Source: Candidatus Uhrbacteria bacterium (GTDB lineage Bacteria; Patescibacteriota; Patescibacteriia; UBA9934; CAZDDW01). Taken from it: 57,753 nucleotides of DNA. Positions 43,052 to 53,373 of this stretch are shown one piece after another. Positions within the stretch are counted from its first letter, which is position 1; every line of letters starts with the position of its first letter. The notes under the pieces were generated by a model. It ran no database searches and had not been told where the DNA came from. It saw nothing but the letters and a program-made list of their open reading frames with translations. Position numbers and translations under genes: made by a program. The stretch lies in assembly GCA_043811105.1 (NCBI GenBank), contig JBDRNK010000015.1:1-57753 (forward strand), in the 5' to 3' direction.

Positions 43052-44338
43052 ATGTCTGACTTATTTTCGCACAAACAAGAACAAGAAAAAAAACGACATG
43101 CGCCGTTGGCTGAGCGGATGCGACCTTTGAGTTTGGAAGAGTTTGAGGGGCAAGAAGAATTGATTGGTTCGACAAGTATGTTGCGGCGCTTAGTGGAAGC
43201 AGATCGCATACCTTCAATGATCTTTTGGGGACCTCCGGGAACCGGAAAAACCACACTGGCCAGAATTATTGCCAAGTTAACCGCCTCGCGTTTTATTCAA
43301 CTTTCAGCTGTATCGTCCGGAGTTAAAGATGTTCGAACAGTTGTTCAAGAGGCTGATGAACAGCTTAAGTATTATAACAAACGAACGATTTTATTTATTG
43401 ATGAGATTCATCGTTTTAACAAAAGCCAGCAAGACGCATTTTTGCCGTACGTTGAATCAGGGACGATTATTTTAATCGGGGCCACAACTGAGAATCCAAG
43501 TTTTGAAGTCAATTCTGCTTTGCTTTCTCGAGCTCGGGTTTTTGTTTTAAACAAACTTGAAGCAGAACACATTCTAAGTGTTCTTCAGCGTAGCTTAAAA
43601 GACAAGGAGCGCGGGCTCGGTTATGAGTCAATCAAAGTCAATGATCAAACTTTAGCTTTGATCGCCAACATGGCTGACGGTGATGCTCGAGTAGCTTTGA
43701 ATACATTAGAGTACGCTGTGGATTCTTGTCGCCCACAGAACAAGAAAGATGTGATAGAATTGTCAGTGAACGCAGTTAAAGAAGCTTTTCAAAAATCACA
43801 CCTTCTTTATGATCGCGCTGGCGAAGAGCATTACAATATTATCAGTGCGCTACACAAGTCAATGCGCGGTTCTGATGCTGATGCTGCTTTGTATTGGTTG
43901 GGTCGGATGTTTGAAGCCGGGGAAGAACCTTTATATATTGCTCGTCGGTTAATCCGTTTCGCATCAGAAGATATTGGATTGGCTGATCCGCAAGCTTTGT
44001 CACAGGCCGTGGCCGCATATCAAGCGGCACATTTCATTGGCCCACCAGAATGCAATGTTAATTTGGCCCAAGCTGTGGTATATATGTCTTTGGCTAAGAA
44101 ATCAAACGCCCTATATCGGGCTTACAGTAAAGTACAAGAAACAATTCATGATCGACCAGCAGATCCGGTGCCACTTCATTTACGCAACGCCCCAACCAAG
44201 TTAATGAAAGAACTTGGTTATGGAAAAGATTATAAATATAACCCAAATTATAACAAACCCATTGATCAAGACTATCTTCCTGAGTCTTTGATCGGAACAA
44301 AGTTTTATGACAATACCAGAGATTCTGCAAGCAGCTAA
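43052..44338 (+). CDS. rarA: replication-associated recombination protein A (AAA+ ATPase)
   Basis: '[17 protein letters not shown]' and '[20 protein letters not shown]', with a MgsA C-terminal domain. Confidence 0.9.
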   Translation: MSDLFSHKQEQEKKRHAPLAERMRPLSLEEFEGQEELIGSTSMLRRLVEADRIPSMIFWGPPGTGKTTLARIIAKLTASRFIQLSAVSSGVKDVRTVVQEADEQLKYYNKRTILFIDEIHRFNKSQQDAFLPYVESGTIILIGATTENPSFEVNSALLSRARVFVLNKLEAEHILSVLQRSLKDKERGLGYESIKVNDQTLALIANMADGDARVALNTLEYAVDSCRPQNKKDVIELSVNAVKEAFQKSHLLYDRAGEEHYNIISALHKSMRGSDADAALYWLGRMFEAGEEPLYIARRLIRFASEDIGLADPQALSQAVAAYQAAHFIGPPECNVNLAQAVVYMSLAKKSNALYRAYSKVQETIHDRPADPVPLHLRNAPTKLMKELGYGKDYKYNPNYNKPIDQDYLPESLIGTKFYDNTRDSASS

Positions 44339-44753
44339 TCCAGAAAACAAGCTGCAAGTATTAAACAGCCCGTTTGTTTACACGGGAAAGACCACTTTGA
44401 ATCTTGAAGGTGGTGAAGATGTTTTTTGGATTTTTGCTGAAGATGAACGCATGCTTTCAGTTAATCCAACAACCGATGAAGTAGTTGCTTTTATGCCTTA
44501 TGAGGAGGAGCTAAGTGTTGAGGAAGATGCCATTGTTTATCGTGGCGAGGAATATGAATTGTCTTATGAAGACAAAGGATCAGTTACTTCCAGTGAAGAT
44601 GGCGCCGATTTTGATGATGACACTCAAGTTAGTTGGCGTGATTACGAAGCTGAGGATGGTGAAATTATTCGGATTATTCAAACCACCCAACACGAAGATC
44701 CGATCAGCTATATCGGTCAGGCCACACTTGAGGACGATATTTTGAAAGCCTAG
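44307..44753 (+). CDS. acidic hypothetical protein
   Basis: 148-aa ORF that overlaps the end of rarA. Confidence 0.5.
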   Translation: MTIPEILQAANPENKLQVLNSPFVYTGKTTLNLEGGEDVFWIFAEDERMLSVNPTTDEVVAFMPYEEELSVEEDAIVYRGEEYELSYEDKGSVTSSEDGADFDDDTQVSWRDYEAEDGEIIRIIQTTQHEDPISYIGQATLEDDILKA

Positions 44754-44756
44754 ATT

Positions 44757-45614
44757 ATGAAAAAAATTATATTAGCCATTTTTTTGCTCCTGGTAACTCT
44801 TGGGGTTGCTTGGTTTGTTTACAATCGTTTTTTTGATGTTGACTATCAGATAAGATCAATGGTTAAGGCAATGCAAGAGGTCGAGTCTGTCCAGGTTGAT
44901 ATCTCAGGAACAATTCAAGAAGAGTCTGTACAAGCTGGATTACGAATGATCGATGGTCAGACCTATGTTAGTTTTCCAGGAATGGAACAATTGGGTCTAG
45001 CTGAACAATGGGTAAAATTAGAAGATTTACAATCTGAAGAAATTGGTTTCTTTGATGAACTGGCTGATTTTGCCGAATTGATCATTGCCAGCAAAAGAGA
45101 CATTTCGGAGATTACTAATGGTCAAGCAACCAAAGTTTATGACATTGTGCCAAATCTTGAAATTATCAATCAGGATTATGCCAACCTGACCGGAGTTTTA
45201 TGGATCAATCCAAGAAGCCATTTGTTATCTCAGGCTAAAATAAACGGCACGATCATTTACCCAGAAGTTGGGGAGACAACGTATGATTTAGTTTTAGTTT
45301 TTAGTAAATATAATCAGGCTGATCAGATTGAGACACCAGAAGTAGGTGTTTTAGATCTTCCTCAAGGATCAGCGGAACGAGAACAGATTTTTACTGATCC
45401 TGAATCAAACGGCAAAGAAACAAATGGCAACACTTCAGCAGGAGCCAGAGATACTGATGGCGATGGATTACCTGATGCTGATGAAGGTTTTTGGGGAACA
45501 AATATGTATGATCCCGATTCTGATGATGATGGTGTTAGTGATGGAGAAGAAGTAAAAAACGGACAAGATCCAACAGGGTCCGGATCACTGTTTAATTTCG
45601 GCCTGCCTGAGTAA
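44757..45614 (+). CDS. secreted protein with C-terminal thrombospondin-type-3-like Ca-binding repeats
   Basis: N-terminal TM anchor. 'DTDGDGLPDADE' and 'DPDSDDDGVSDGEE'. Confidence 0.65.
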   Translation: MKKIILAIFLLLVTLGVAWFVYNRFFDVDYQIRSMVKAMQEVESVQVDISGTIQEESVQAGLRMIDGQTYVSFPGMEQLGLAEQWVKLEDLQSEEIGFFDELADFAELIIASKRDISEITNGQATKVYDIVPNLEIINQDYANLTGVLWINPRSHLLSQAKINGTIIYPEVGETTYDLVLVFSKYNQADQIETPEVGVLDLPQGSAEREQIFTDPESNGKETNGNTSAGARDTDGDGLPDADEGFWGTNMYDPDSDDDGVSDGEEVKNGQDPTGSGSLFNFGLPE

Positions 45615-45621
45615 TACAATT

Positions 45622-45755
45622 GGATACGAACTACGAAAATATACGAAAGTACGAAATCGATAAACCACGGCAGTAGAAATAGAAAGGAATGGTGATTATT
45701 GATAGACCTTCTTAGAAAACTTTCGTATTTTCGTACGCTTTCGTAGTTCGTATCC
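45622..45755. repeat. 134-bp element with 35-bp imperfect terminal inverted repeats built from TACGAA words
   Basis: Left arm GGATACGAACTACGAAAATATACGAAAGTACGAAA (45622-45656); right arm TTTCGTATTTTCGTACGCTTTCGTAGTTCGTATCC (45721-45755). Confidence 0.7.
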
Positions 45756-45767
45756 GAACTAGTTCTT

Positions 45768-47624
45768 ATGCCTAAACGACGAGACTGGAAAAAATCATCT
45801 CGAACAAGTTCTGATTTACACGACCCTTGGCGAGTCGGTCTTTTTCGGGTATCTGTTTGTCTGTTTGCTGGAATTATTATTCTTAGACTATTTATCTTAC
45901 AAGTAGTTGATCATGGATTTTATGAAGCCTTAGCTTCAGGCCAACACGAAATTTTTCAAGAATTATTTCCAGAGCGCGGGACAATTTATGCCCAGGATTT
46001 TATGACTGAAGAATTGGTGGCCATTGCTACAAACCAATTGCTCGGTTTTGTTTATGCTGATCCGCGTCGAGTTGAAGATCCATATAATACCGCAGCCGAG
46101 CTGGCTAATGTGTTGGGCTATGAGATAGAAGCTAAGATAGTTGAGCATGAGTTGATGATAGAGGGGGAATCCTCCTCCGCTGAAGCTTCGGAGGACAGGG
46201 AAGAGCAGGACAGTGAATTTCAGACCCTGTTAAATCGTTTATCAAAACAGGATGATCCTTACGAGCCGATCGCCCGCCAGGTCAGCGATTTGCAGTTGCA
46301 ACAGATCGATGTTCTTGATTTGTCTGGCATATATTATGTTCGTGAACAAGCTAGAATGTATCCGGAACAGGAGATCGGTGGACATCTGTTAGGATTTGTT
46401 GGTTCTGATGAAGCAGGGAATATGTCCGGACGATATGGTCTAGAAGGATATTTTGATCAGGTTTTGTCAGGAATAAATGGTTATTTGCAATCTGAGCGAG
46501 ATATTGCCGGTCGTTTAATCGCTGTTGGTGACCGATCGGTTGAACCGGCTGTTGATGGTGCTGATATTGTCCTGACCATTGATCGAACAATTCAATACAT
46601 GGCTTGCAGTCGTTTGCGCGACACGGTTTTTAAACACGGAGCTGACGGCGGTTCAGTGGTAATTCTTGATCCTAACGATGGTGCGGTCTTGGCCATGTGT
46701 TCTTATCCGGATTATGATCCAGCCACTTACAACGAAGTTGAAGATATTAACATCTACAACAACACAGCTATTTTTGGAGCCTATGAGCCTGGTTCGGTCT
46801 TTAAGCCAATTACCATGGCTGCGGCTTTGGACACCGGTTCGGTAACTCCGGGAACAACTTATGAAGATACCGGAGTGGCTGAGATTGCTGGCTATTCTAT
46901 TATGAACTCAGACGAAGAAGCTAACGGAATTCAAACCATGACTCAGGTTCTTGAAAAATCATTAAACACTGGAGTGATCTTTGCTATGTTGGAAACCGGA
47001 GCTGAGGTTTTTCGAGATTATATTGAGGATTTCGGATTTGGTGAGTTGACCGGAATCGAACTTGATAATGAAACCGCTGGTGATGTTTCCAGCCTTTATT
47101 TGGCTAGTGATATTTATCCGGCTACAGCTTCTTTTGGACAAGGAATTATGGTTACTCCTTTGCAAATGGTTAATGCCTTTGCCACGATTGCCAATGGTGG
47201 TACTTTATATAAACCGTATTTAGTTAAGGAAATTCGCTATCCTGACGGAACCGTTGAACAAACAAATCCGGAGCAAATCCGTCAGGTGATTACTGAAAAG
47301 ACTGCTCAATTTCTCTCAGCCATGCTGGTTTCAGTGGTTGAACGCGGACATGGTACGCAAGCCGGAGTTGATGGTTATTATGTTGCTGGAAAAACCGGTA
47401 CGGCACAAGTAGCCAAAAAAGACGGTTTAGGGTACGATCCAGATGTGACCATTGGTTCTTTTGCCGGGTTTGCCCCGGCAACCAATGCACGCTTTGCTAT
47501 GATTGTCCGTATTGATCGACCGCGAACCGTGCAATGGGCGGAATCAACCGCAGCACCGCTTTTTGGTGAACTAGCTGAGTTTTTACTTCAATATTTAGAA
47601 GTTCCTCCGGAAAGAGGAATATAA
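45768..47624 (+). CDS. ftsI: penicillin-binding protein 2 / FtsI-type transpeptidase
   Basis: SxxK 'GSVFKP', SxN 'KSLNTG' and 'KTGTA'. N-terminal TM anchor. Lies upstream of murF. Confidence 0.85.
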   Translation: MPKRRDWKKSSRTSSDLHDPWRVGLFRVSVCLFAGIIILRLFILQVVDHGFYEALASGQHEIFQELFPERGTIYAQDFMTEELVAIATNQLLGFVYADPRRVEDPYNTAAELANVLGYEIEAKIVEHELMIEGESSSAEASEDREEQDSEFQTLLNRLSKQDDPYEPIARQVSDLQLQQIDVLDLSGIYYVREQARMYPEQEIGGHLLGFVGSDEAGNMSGRYGLEGYFDQVLSGINGYLQSERDIAGRLIAVGDRSVEPAVDGADIVLTIDRTIQYMACSRLRDTVFKHGADGGSVVILDPNDGAVLAMCSYPDYDPATYNEVEDINIYNNTAIFGAYEPGSVFKPITMAAALDTGSVTPGTTYEDTGVAEIAGYSIMNSDEEANGIQTMTQVLEKSLNTGVIFAMLETGAEVFRDYIEDFGFGELTGIELDNETAGDVSSLYLASDIYPATASFGQGIMVTPLQMVNAFATIANGGTLYKPYLVKEIRYPDGTVEQTNPEQIRQVITEKTAQFLSAMLVSVVERGHGTQAGVDGYYVAGKTGTAQVAKKDGLGYDPDVTIGSFAGFAPATNARFAMIVRIDRPRTVQWAESTAAPLFGELAEFLLQYLEVPPERGI

Positions 47625-47632
47625 ATATATTT

Positions 47633-48937
47633 ATGAAATCATTTGTAGAAAAATTACTTGCCAGACTATCCCAACGGGTTGTTTCTCGATATCAGCCACG
47701 GATTATTGCTATTACTGGTTCCGTTGGCAAAACTTCAACTAAGAACGCTATTGTTGCTGTTTTGCACGATCATTTTAATTTGCGCACTTGTCGTGAAAAT
47801 TATAATTCAGAGTTTGGGGTGCCACTGACTATTATCGACGCCAAGTCTCCTGGACATTCTGCTGTTGGTTGGTTTCTGGTTTTGTTAAAGGGGTTTTTTC
47901 TTGCGTACGGTTCTAAACAAGATTATCCAGAGTTGTTGGTTCTTGAATTCGGGGTAGATCATCCAGGTGATATGGCCAAGCTTTGTCAGATCGCTCCGCC
48001 TGAGATTGGAGTAGTAACCAGAATTTCTCCGGTTCATGTTGAACATTTTGATGATCTAGAACACTTGGCTCAGGAAAAATCCGAGTTGATCAAGAGGCTG
48101 CCTGAATCAGGTTTATCAGTATTAAACGCTAATGATCAGTTGGTTGCTCGGATGAGTGAGCTGTCTAAGGCTCAAGTTCGAACCTATGGTTTTGATCTTG
48201 ATGCTAATGTGCAAGGTTCAGCCTTTTCTGACACAATGAAATTTGATGATAATTTTCAGCCTGGTGAAACTGTGGCCATGTCTATGTTCAGGGTTAATAC
48301 CGCTCTTGGCCAATTCGATCTTGAGTTAAAAAATATCGTTGGACAACCAGCCGCCTTTTCAGCACTTGCGGCGATTGCAGTTGGCTTACATCTTGGGCTT
48401 AGTCTTGATGATTTTCAATCCGGATTATCTAATTTTGTGCCAATGCCAGGACGAACCCGCTTGATTCCGGGAATTAAAGGTTCAATGATAATTGATGATT
48501 CTTACAACGCTGCTCCTGCTTCAACCTTGGCGGCCCTGGATATTTTGCATGAATTTTCACCGATCGAAGAGGCTCGACGGATTGCAGTGTTAGGTGATAT
48601 GCTTGAGCTTGGTTCAATGAGCGAGGATGAACATCGGCGTGTTGGCCGAGCTGTAGTAAAGTCTGATGTTGATTTACTGGTTACCGTTGGCGAGCGTTCA
48701 ATTTATATTGCTGAAGAAGCTAAGCAGGCCGGAATGAGTCAAGACAAGATACAAAGCTTTGGAACAGCAGAAGAGGCCGGGCGTTTTCTAGATCCGGATG
48801 TGCGTACAGGAGATATTATTTTAGTAAAAGGATCCCAAGGGATACGGACAGAAAAGATTGTTAAAGAGTTAATGGCCGAACCACTGCGAGCTAAAGAGCT
48901 CTTGGTCCGTCAGTATCCACCTTGGGTGACAGAATAA
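47633..48937 (+). CDS. murF: UDP-N-acetylmuramoyl-tripeptide--D-alanyl-D-alanine ligase
   Basis: Mur ligase P-loop 'ITGSVGKTSTKN' and a C-terminal Mur ligase domain. Confidence 0.85.
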   Translation: MKSFVEKLLARLSQRVVSRYQPRIIAITGSVGKTSTKNAIVAVLHDHFNLRTCRENYNSEFGVPLTIIDAKSPGHSAVGWFLVLLKGFFLAYGSKQDYPELLVLEFGVDHPGDMAKLCQIAPPEIGVVTRISPVHVEHFDDLEHLAQEKSELIKRLPESGLSVLNANDQLVARMSELSKAQVRTYGFDLDANVQGSAFSDTMKFDDNFQPGETVAMSMFRVNTALGQFDLELKNIVGQPAAFSALAAIAVGLHLGLSLDDFQSGLSNFVPMPGRTRLIPGIKGSMIIDDSYNAAPASTLAALDILHEFSPIEEARRIAVLGDMLELGSMSEDEHRRVGRAVVKSDVDLLVTVGERSIYIAEEAKQAGMSQDKIQSFGTAEEAGRFLDPDVRTGDIILVKGSQGIRTEKIVKELMAEPLRAKELLVRQYPPWVTE

Positions 48938-48956
48938 AAAATAGGAGGGTTGTACC

Positions 48957-49589
48957 TTGGAAGAACACAGGCTGATCGTGCTGATCGTTGAGCCGGACGC
49001 CAATCAACCATTGGTTGACGAGCTAATGGATTGCATTCGTATTGATCCACAACTGTCTCAGTTGATTGATTTTGTCAAAGCCGTGACCACTGACCAGGCA
49101 TTGGTCAGAAAGTATCCGAATTTGTTTTCGCCCATGACGACGCACATGTTTGCTGAGCGGGAACGTACCGGGTTGTTGCTTTGTCAGCGAAAGGTTGAGG
49201 GTCAGATACACGGGATTCTGTCCACAGAGGTTGGTTCAGCCCTGCTACATAACCACGCTATCATTCAGATCTCTTTGGCTGAGCTGGAACAAGTCCAAGC
49301 CAGTCAGTTCAGGGCCGATCTATTGATCATTGGGGTCACTCTTGATCCAGATGTGCGACGTGATAAGTTGACTGCTGGTATGAACACTATGTGCTATCTG
49401 TCAAATCAGGACGTGATTCGCTTTGTGCGCGGTTTGCCAGACGACCATCGCTTTGTGGCAAAAGATGATGAGATGGATCCGTTGAATCTTTTTTTACTGA
49501 TTCAGAATCTCGGTCTTTTCACCGGCGCTGGCCCTGACTACGTCCAGACTGAAGCAGTACGCAAACTGCCGATCAAATACAGAACCTAA
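48957..49589 (+). CDS. hypothetical protein (GC-rich cassette class)
   Basis: TTG start preceded by AGGAGG at 8 nt. Terminator ACCGCC..GGCGGT plus a T-run at 49588-49618. Confidence 0.55.
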   Translation: MEEHRLIVLIVEPDANQPLVDELMDCIRIDPQLSQLIDFVKAVTTDQALVRKYPNLFSPMTTHMFAERERTGLLLCQRKVEGQIHGILSTEVGSALLHNHAIIQISLAELEQVQASQFRADLLIIGVTLDPDVRRDKLTAGMNTMCYLSNQDVIRFVRGLPDDHRFVAKDDEMDPLNLFLLIQNLGLFTGAGPDYVQTEAVRKLPIKYRT

Positions 49590-49659
49590 CCGCCCTGAAC
49601 AAAGGCGGTTTTTTTTGTTGGCCAGCCAAAGTTCTGGTTAAGGCGGGTGGGGTCAGGGC

Positions 49660-49688
49660 TTGACAGCAAGGCTAATTTTAGCTACTAT
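49660..49688 (+). promoter_or_regulatory. cassette promoter
   Basis: TTGACA (49660-49665), N17, TACTAT (49683-49688). Confidence 0.6.
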
Positions 49689-49751
49689 TTATCTCTTCAC
49701 CAATCCTGGTGGAATGTACATACACAACCTCTAGCTAGGGGGAAAGATAAA

Positions 49752-50756
49752 ATGCAATTCGCTGATTACGCAGAGCTGGACAAGCTCGCACGCAGACATC
49801 TGTCCAATAAGGCTGTGAATGAACGGAAAAAGAAAAAGCGTCAGCTTCTAAAAAATGATCACAGGTTAACTTTGAAAACATGGGAGGCACAAGATCTAGG
49901 TGATGAGTTTTCCTGCCAACACGTTTCTGTATATTTTCTATTCTTCATCTTGTCCTTTGCTGCGTCTATTCCTGCCGGGATTGGGCTGGTCTGTGCCGAA
50001 CAGATTTGGGTTAAATTGCTTTGGTTGATGTTGCCAACAGTTATGTTTATACTGAATAGGGTCATTCGGGAAATTAAGGTCATACAGATTCTGAGAAAAG
50101 AATTCGATTTCAAACTACCCAATTTCGACGAATTGAAACCAGCCGAGTACGTAAACATTTACCTCAACGATGAGATTGGGCGATTGCGGGAAGATCTGCT
50201 TGGTAGGACAAGTCAGCTTTCACGAATCAAGGGTCGTTTGGCCAGAACCGACGAGCAAGCACGGACAGTCCGAGCGCAGCTCGAACGTCGTTGTGACGGT
50301 GAGAACACACCTGAATATCTGACCGATGCTCACGAACGTATCCAAGATACCTGTCAGCGGATCGCTGCTAAGCGTGAGACGCTCGACGAGTACACCGCCC
50401 GCATCGAAGCCTTTTTGCGAGAGTGCCAGGCTCAGGTCAAGCGTGTCCAACAGCCCTTGTCCGACCTCGAACTGATTCGTGAGACCAATCGTCTTTGCGA
50501 AGAGACTGAACAACTTGAAATTCGGGCAGCTGCAGTTGTGGTCAGAACGACCTCTGAGCTGACCAGCCGTATGCTCGAAACCAAGAACCGCCTCTACCGT
50601 CAGTTCGAAAGTGCTGGGGTCAGTCTGGCTCTGGCCAGCGCTGAGACAGGTGACGCTCTCAAGAACTTCCAACTTCTCGAATCCACGATCGGCAAGTTCG
50701 TTCCTGCCGATAAGGTTCTCGAAGCCGAATCCGAGGAGACCAGTGCAGCAGGCTGA
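49752..50756 (+). CDS. membrane-anchored coiled-coil protein (cassette 1)
   Basis: I moved the start to ATG 49752, after GGGGGAAAGATAAA. Two TM helices followed by a long heptad-rich C-terminus. Confidence 0.6.
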   Translation: MQFADYAELDKLARRHLSNKAVNERKKKKRQLLKNDHRLTLKTWEAQDLGDEFSCQHVSVYFLFFILSFAASIPAGIGLVCAEQIWVKLLWLMLPTVMFILNRVIREIKVIQILRKEFDFKLPNFDELKPAEYVNIYLNDEIGRLREDLLGRTSQLSRIKGRLARTDEQARTVRAQLERRCDGENTPEYLTDAHERIQDTCQRIAAKRETLDEYTARIEAFLRECQAQVKRVQQPLSDLELIRETNRLCEETEQLEIRAAAVVVRTTSELTSRMLETKNRLYRQFESAGVSLALASAETGDALKNFQLLESTIGKFVPADKVLEAESEETSAAG

Positions 50757-50978
50757 GTCAATCCCTTCCCACCTACCAACACTTCACACCCGCTCCGCCC
50801 GCAGTCCCCAGTAGCTCCATCAGGAGCGTAGGGGGGCAGTCGGTTCTCACCGAGAGTCGTCCATGGGCAGAGGGCGGTCTCACCCTGTACCGACGGCATA
50901 AGCCTTGACCGTCTGGTACAGGGCTTTTTTTATTTTTAACCTTTAGCGTTAAAACGAAGAAGTCGCTTGAAAAGGCGG

Positions 50979-51039
50979 TTTTGAGCAATTAACTCAAGGT
51001 GTTGAAGTCACGAGCCGTGAAGTTGTCAAAGCTCGTCAG
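50979..51039 (+). pseudogene. relic copy of the 3' end of a cassette-2-type gene
   Basis: 61 nt match 51958-52018 with 2 mismatches. It encodes FEQLTQGVEVTSREVVKARQ followed by TGA. Confidence 0.7.
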
Positions 51040-51136
51040 TGATTTGGGGTCAGGCCGGCCTGCCCTGTACCGACGAAGTGCAACGACGTCTGGTACAGGG
51101 GAAACGGGAATCGCTGATAAATTTGGTGACTTACGC

Positions 51137-51165
51137 TTGACGGATAGCCAACATTATGCAAGAAT
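51137..51165 (+). promoter_or_regulatory. cassette promoter
   Basis: TTGACG (51137-51142), N17, AAGAAT (51160-51165). Confidence 0.5.
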
Positions 51166-51208
51166 AAGTTACCGAACCGTAAACAACCAAACTCCACTGG
51201 AGGGAAAA

Positions 51209-52090
51209 ATGATCTGGTGGCCACTTATCACAGCACTGCTTTGCTCGGTATGCGCAATTGGTGGATTGGCTATATTTCGCCGTGCACGTCAAATATCTCT
51301 GAATTCTGTATTTTATAGTGAAGAAGACTTAAAAACTGCTGGAGTAACTATACCCGTTTTCGGACTCGGTATGTTTGGTGCATTACCGATGATAGAACTT
51401 GGGCTACCTTATCTTACCTTTGTTCTCCTCGTTCTCGGAGCTTCGTGCCTGACTCCAGCTACTATTTATGGTATGCGTCAAGCAGAATTGGAACAGAAGT
51501 TTAAGCAACTTCTAGGTGAACAAAGTGAAGCCATCAGAGCAAAGCTGAAAGCCTGGTATCAGAGCTGGCGGGAGCGGGAAAACAAGGTGCTGCGTGATGC
51601 CGGGAGAAAGGCAGATGAACTCTGCGATCTGATTCCTGATGTACCTTGGGAGGAGTTCCGAGGTTTTATCAGACAGGTGGCAAACAACTTTCTGCCCGAG
51701 CTGTACACCCAGGCTCAAGAACTACGAGACGAAGTTGCCCAGGTCGGTGAGATCATCGCCGAGTACAAAGACAAAAAACTCGATGACTTCTCTCGTGGCC
51801 TGCTCGGAAAAAGTGTGGCTGACAAGCAGGAGTTGGAAAAAGCTCTGGCAGAAATCGAGATTCAGATCACAGCCTGCCGTTCTTTCCTCGACCACATCAA
51901 GTCCGACCTGCTGGTGGCTCGCCGACGAGGTACTGGCCTGCCCGAACTTCGAGCTCGTTTTGAGCAATTAACTCAAGGTGTCGAAGCCACGAGCCGTGAA
52001 GTTGTCAAAGCTCGTCAGGAAGTTGATGACATTGGTGATCGACGTGTGGTTAACCTGCCGTCTCATCCTAGACAGCGCACGCCTCAGTGA
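51209..52090 (+). CDS. membrane-anchored coiled-coil protein (cassette 2)
   Basis: I moved the start to ATG 51209, after GGAGGGAAAA. TM helices followed by a coiled coil. Terminator at 52105-52139. Confidence 0.6.
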   Translation: MIWWPLITALLCSVCAIGGLAIFRRARQISLNSVFYSEEDLKTAGVTIPVFGLGMFGALPMIELGLPYLTFVLLVLGASCLTPATIYGMRQAELEQKFKQLLGEQSEAIRAKLKAWYQSWRERENKVLRDAGRKADELCDLIPDVPWEEFRGFIRQVANNFLPELYTQAQELRDEVAQVGEIIAEYKDKKLDDFSRGLLGKSVADKQELEKALAEIEIQITACRSFLDHIKSDLLVARRRGTGLPELRARFEQLTQGVEATSREVVKARQEVDDIGDRRVVNLPSHPRQRTPQ

Positions 52091-52147
52091 TTTATTTCAC
52101 ATCCGCCCCGACTTAATACCAAGTCCGGGGCCTTTTTTATTTATCTC

Positions 52148-52176
52148 TTGACAAAAGGGCTTATTATTGCTAAATT
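52148..52176 (+). promoter_or_regulatory. cassette promoter
   Basis: TTGACA (52148-52153), N17, TAAATT (52171-52176). Confidence 0.6.
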
Positions 52177-52234
52177 TGTATCTTCATCAATTCTGGTGGA
52201 ACGTACATATACAACTCCTAGCTAGGAGGGGAAG

Positions 52235-52834
52235 ATGGAACACACTTCTGTGATCAGTGTTCTCACCGGCTACCTTGCTGGGGGTATTCTCATCATTGGT
52301 TACCTAATATACAACTGGAAGATTTTTAAAGGCACAACAAGACCGAATACTGCCACATGGGCACTTTGGGCATTTATTGTTGGTCTTAACGCTCTAACAT
52401 ACGACAAGATGAGTGCTGACCACATCAAAGCAATTGTCTCTATTGCGAGTGGTGCCTTCTGTATATTCACCTTCCTTTTCTCCTTGTTCACTGGGAAATT
52501 CAAATCACTCGACAGCTGGGACAAGAGTATCTTGGTAATTGGGTTGATCGCTATTGGTGTTTGGTATTACTTTAAAAGTGCTACCTATGCCAATATGTTG
52601 CTCCAGGTGGCAATCGTTATTAGCTTTGTTCCAATCCTTCATAGTGTCTGGAAGGAACCTGATAGCGAGAACTGGCTTCCGTGGATGGTTTGGGTCATTG
52701 CTTACACAGTCTCGATCGTAACAGTCATCATGCGCTGGAACGTTGGTTGGGACATCGTTTATCCCATCAATGGTTTTATCATGCATGGGATCGTTGGCCT
52801 GTTCTCCATTCGACAGACTCGTACCCGCTCCTAA
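52235..52834 (+). CDS. polytopic membrane protein (cassette 3)
   Basis: 199 aa, about 6 TM helices. AGGAGGGGAAG lies directly before the ATG. Terminator CCGCTCCT..AGGAGCGG plus a T-run at 52825-52852. Confidence 0.65.
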   Translation: MEHTSVISVLTGYLAGGILIIGYLIYNWKIFKGTTRPNTATWALWAFIVGLNALTYDKMSADHIKAIVSIASGAFCIFTFLFSLFTGKFKSLDSWDKSILVIGLIAIGVWYYFKSATYANMLLQVAIVISFVPILHSVWKEPDSENWLPWMVWVIAYTVSIVTVIMRWNVGWDIVYPINGFIMHGIVGLFSIRQTRTRS

Positions 52835-52961
52835 ATAAGGAGCGGTTTTTTTATACCACAAAACTTATTTTTAACCCTTAGCGTTAAAACGAAGAACCTT
52901 TGGGGTCAGGCTGGGAAACGGGAATCGCCGCTAAATTTAGCCCAGAATAGACAAGTGTTCC

Positions 52962-52990
52962 TTGACAACAGCTTGTTTTTGTGTTATATT
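52962..52990 (+). promoter_or_regulatory. cassette promoter
   Basis: TTGACA (52962-52967), N17, TATATT (52985-52990). Confidence 0.6.
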
Positions 52991-53061
52991 TCCAAGTCAA
53001 TTCGACCCCGTGACTGGGAAAATGTCGAGATTAAAGTTCATGTACCTTGGAGGATTACAAC

Positions 53062-53373
53062 ATGAGTAGAACAGTTATCACTCTTCCGGATCGAGAAGAG
53101 ATGCTACAGCGTCTCATGCAAGTCAATGACAGGAATCATGTACAGCAGAAGCTCTATCCGATTCTCCTCAACCACGCAGGACAGGAAAAAGTGGCGCAAG
53201 GTATCCCCGTGATGCTTGCTCTGGCCATCAATGACTACACAACGGGTATGCCCGCAGTCGTAGCCGGAATGGTTTGGGATTACGTACCCGCCTGGATCGA
53301 TGCTCTGGTTGACGACCAGGACGTCGCTGCGGAAGCCAAGGCCTTCTTCGAGGCTGCCTTCGCTACTCAGTAG
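53062..53373 (+). CDS. small soluble hypothetical protein (cassette 4)
   Basis: I moved the start to ATG 53062, after GGAGGATTACAAC. Terminator at 53382-53437. Confidence 0.6.
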   Translation: MSRTVITLPDREEMLQRLMQVNDRNHVQQKLYPILLNHAGQEKVAQGIPVMLALAINDYTTGMPAVVAGMVWDYVPAWIDALVDDQDVAAEAKAFFEAAFATQ

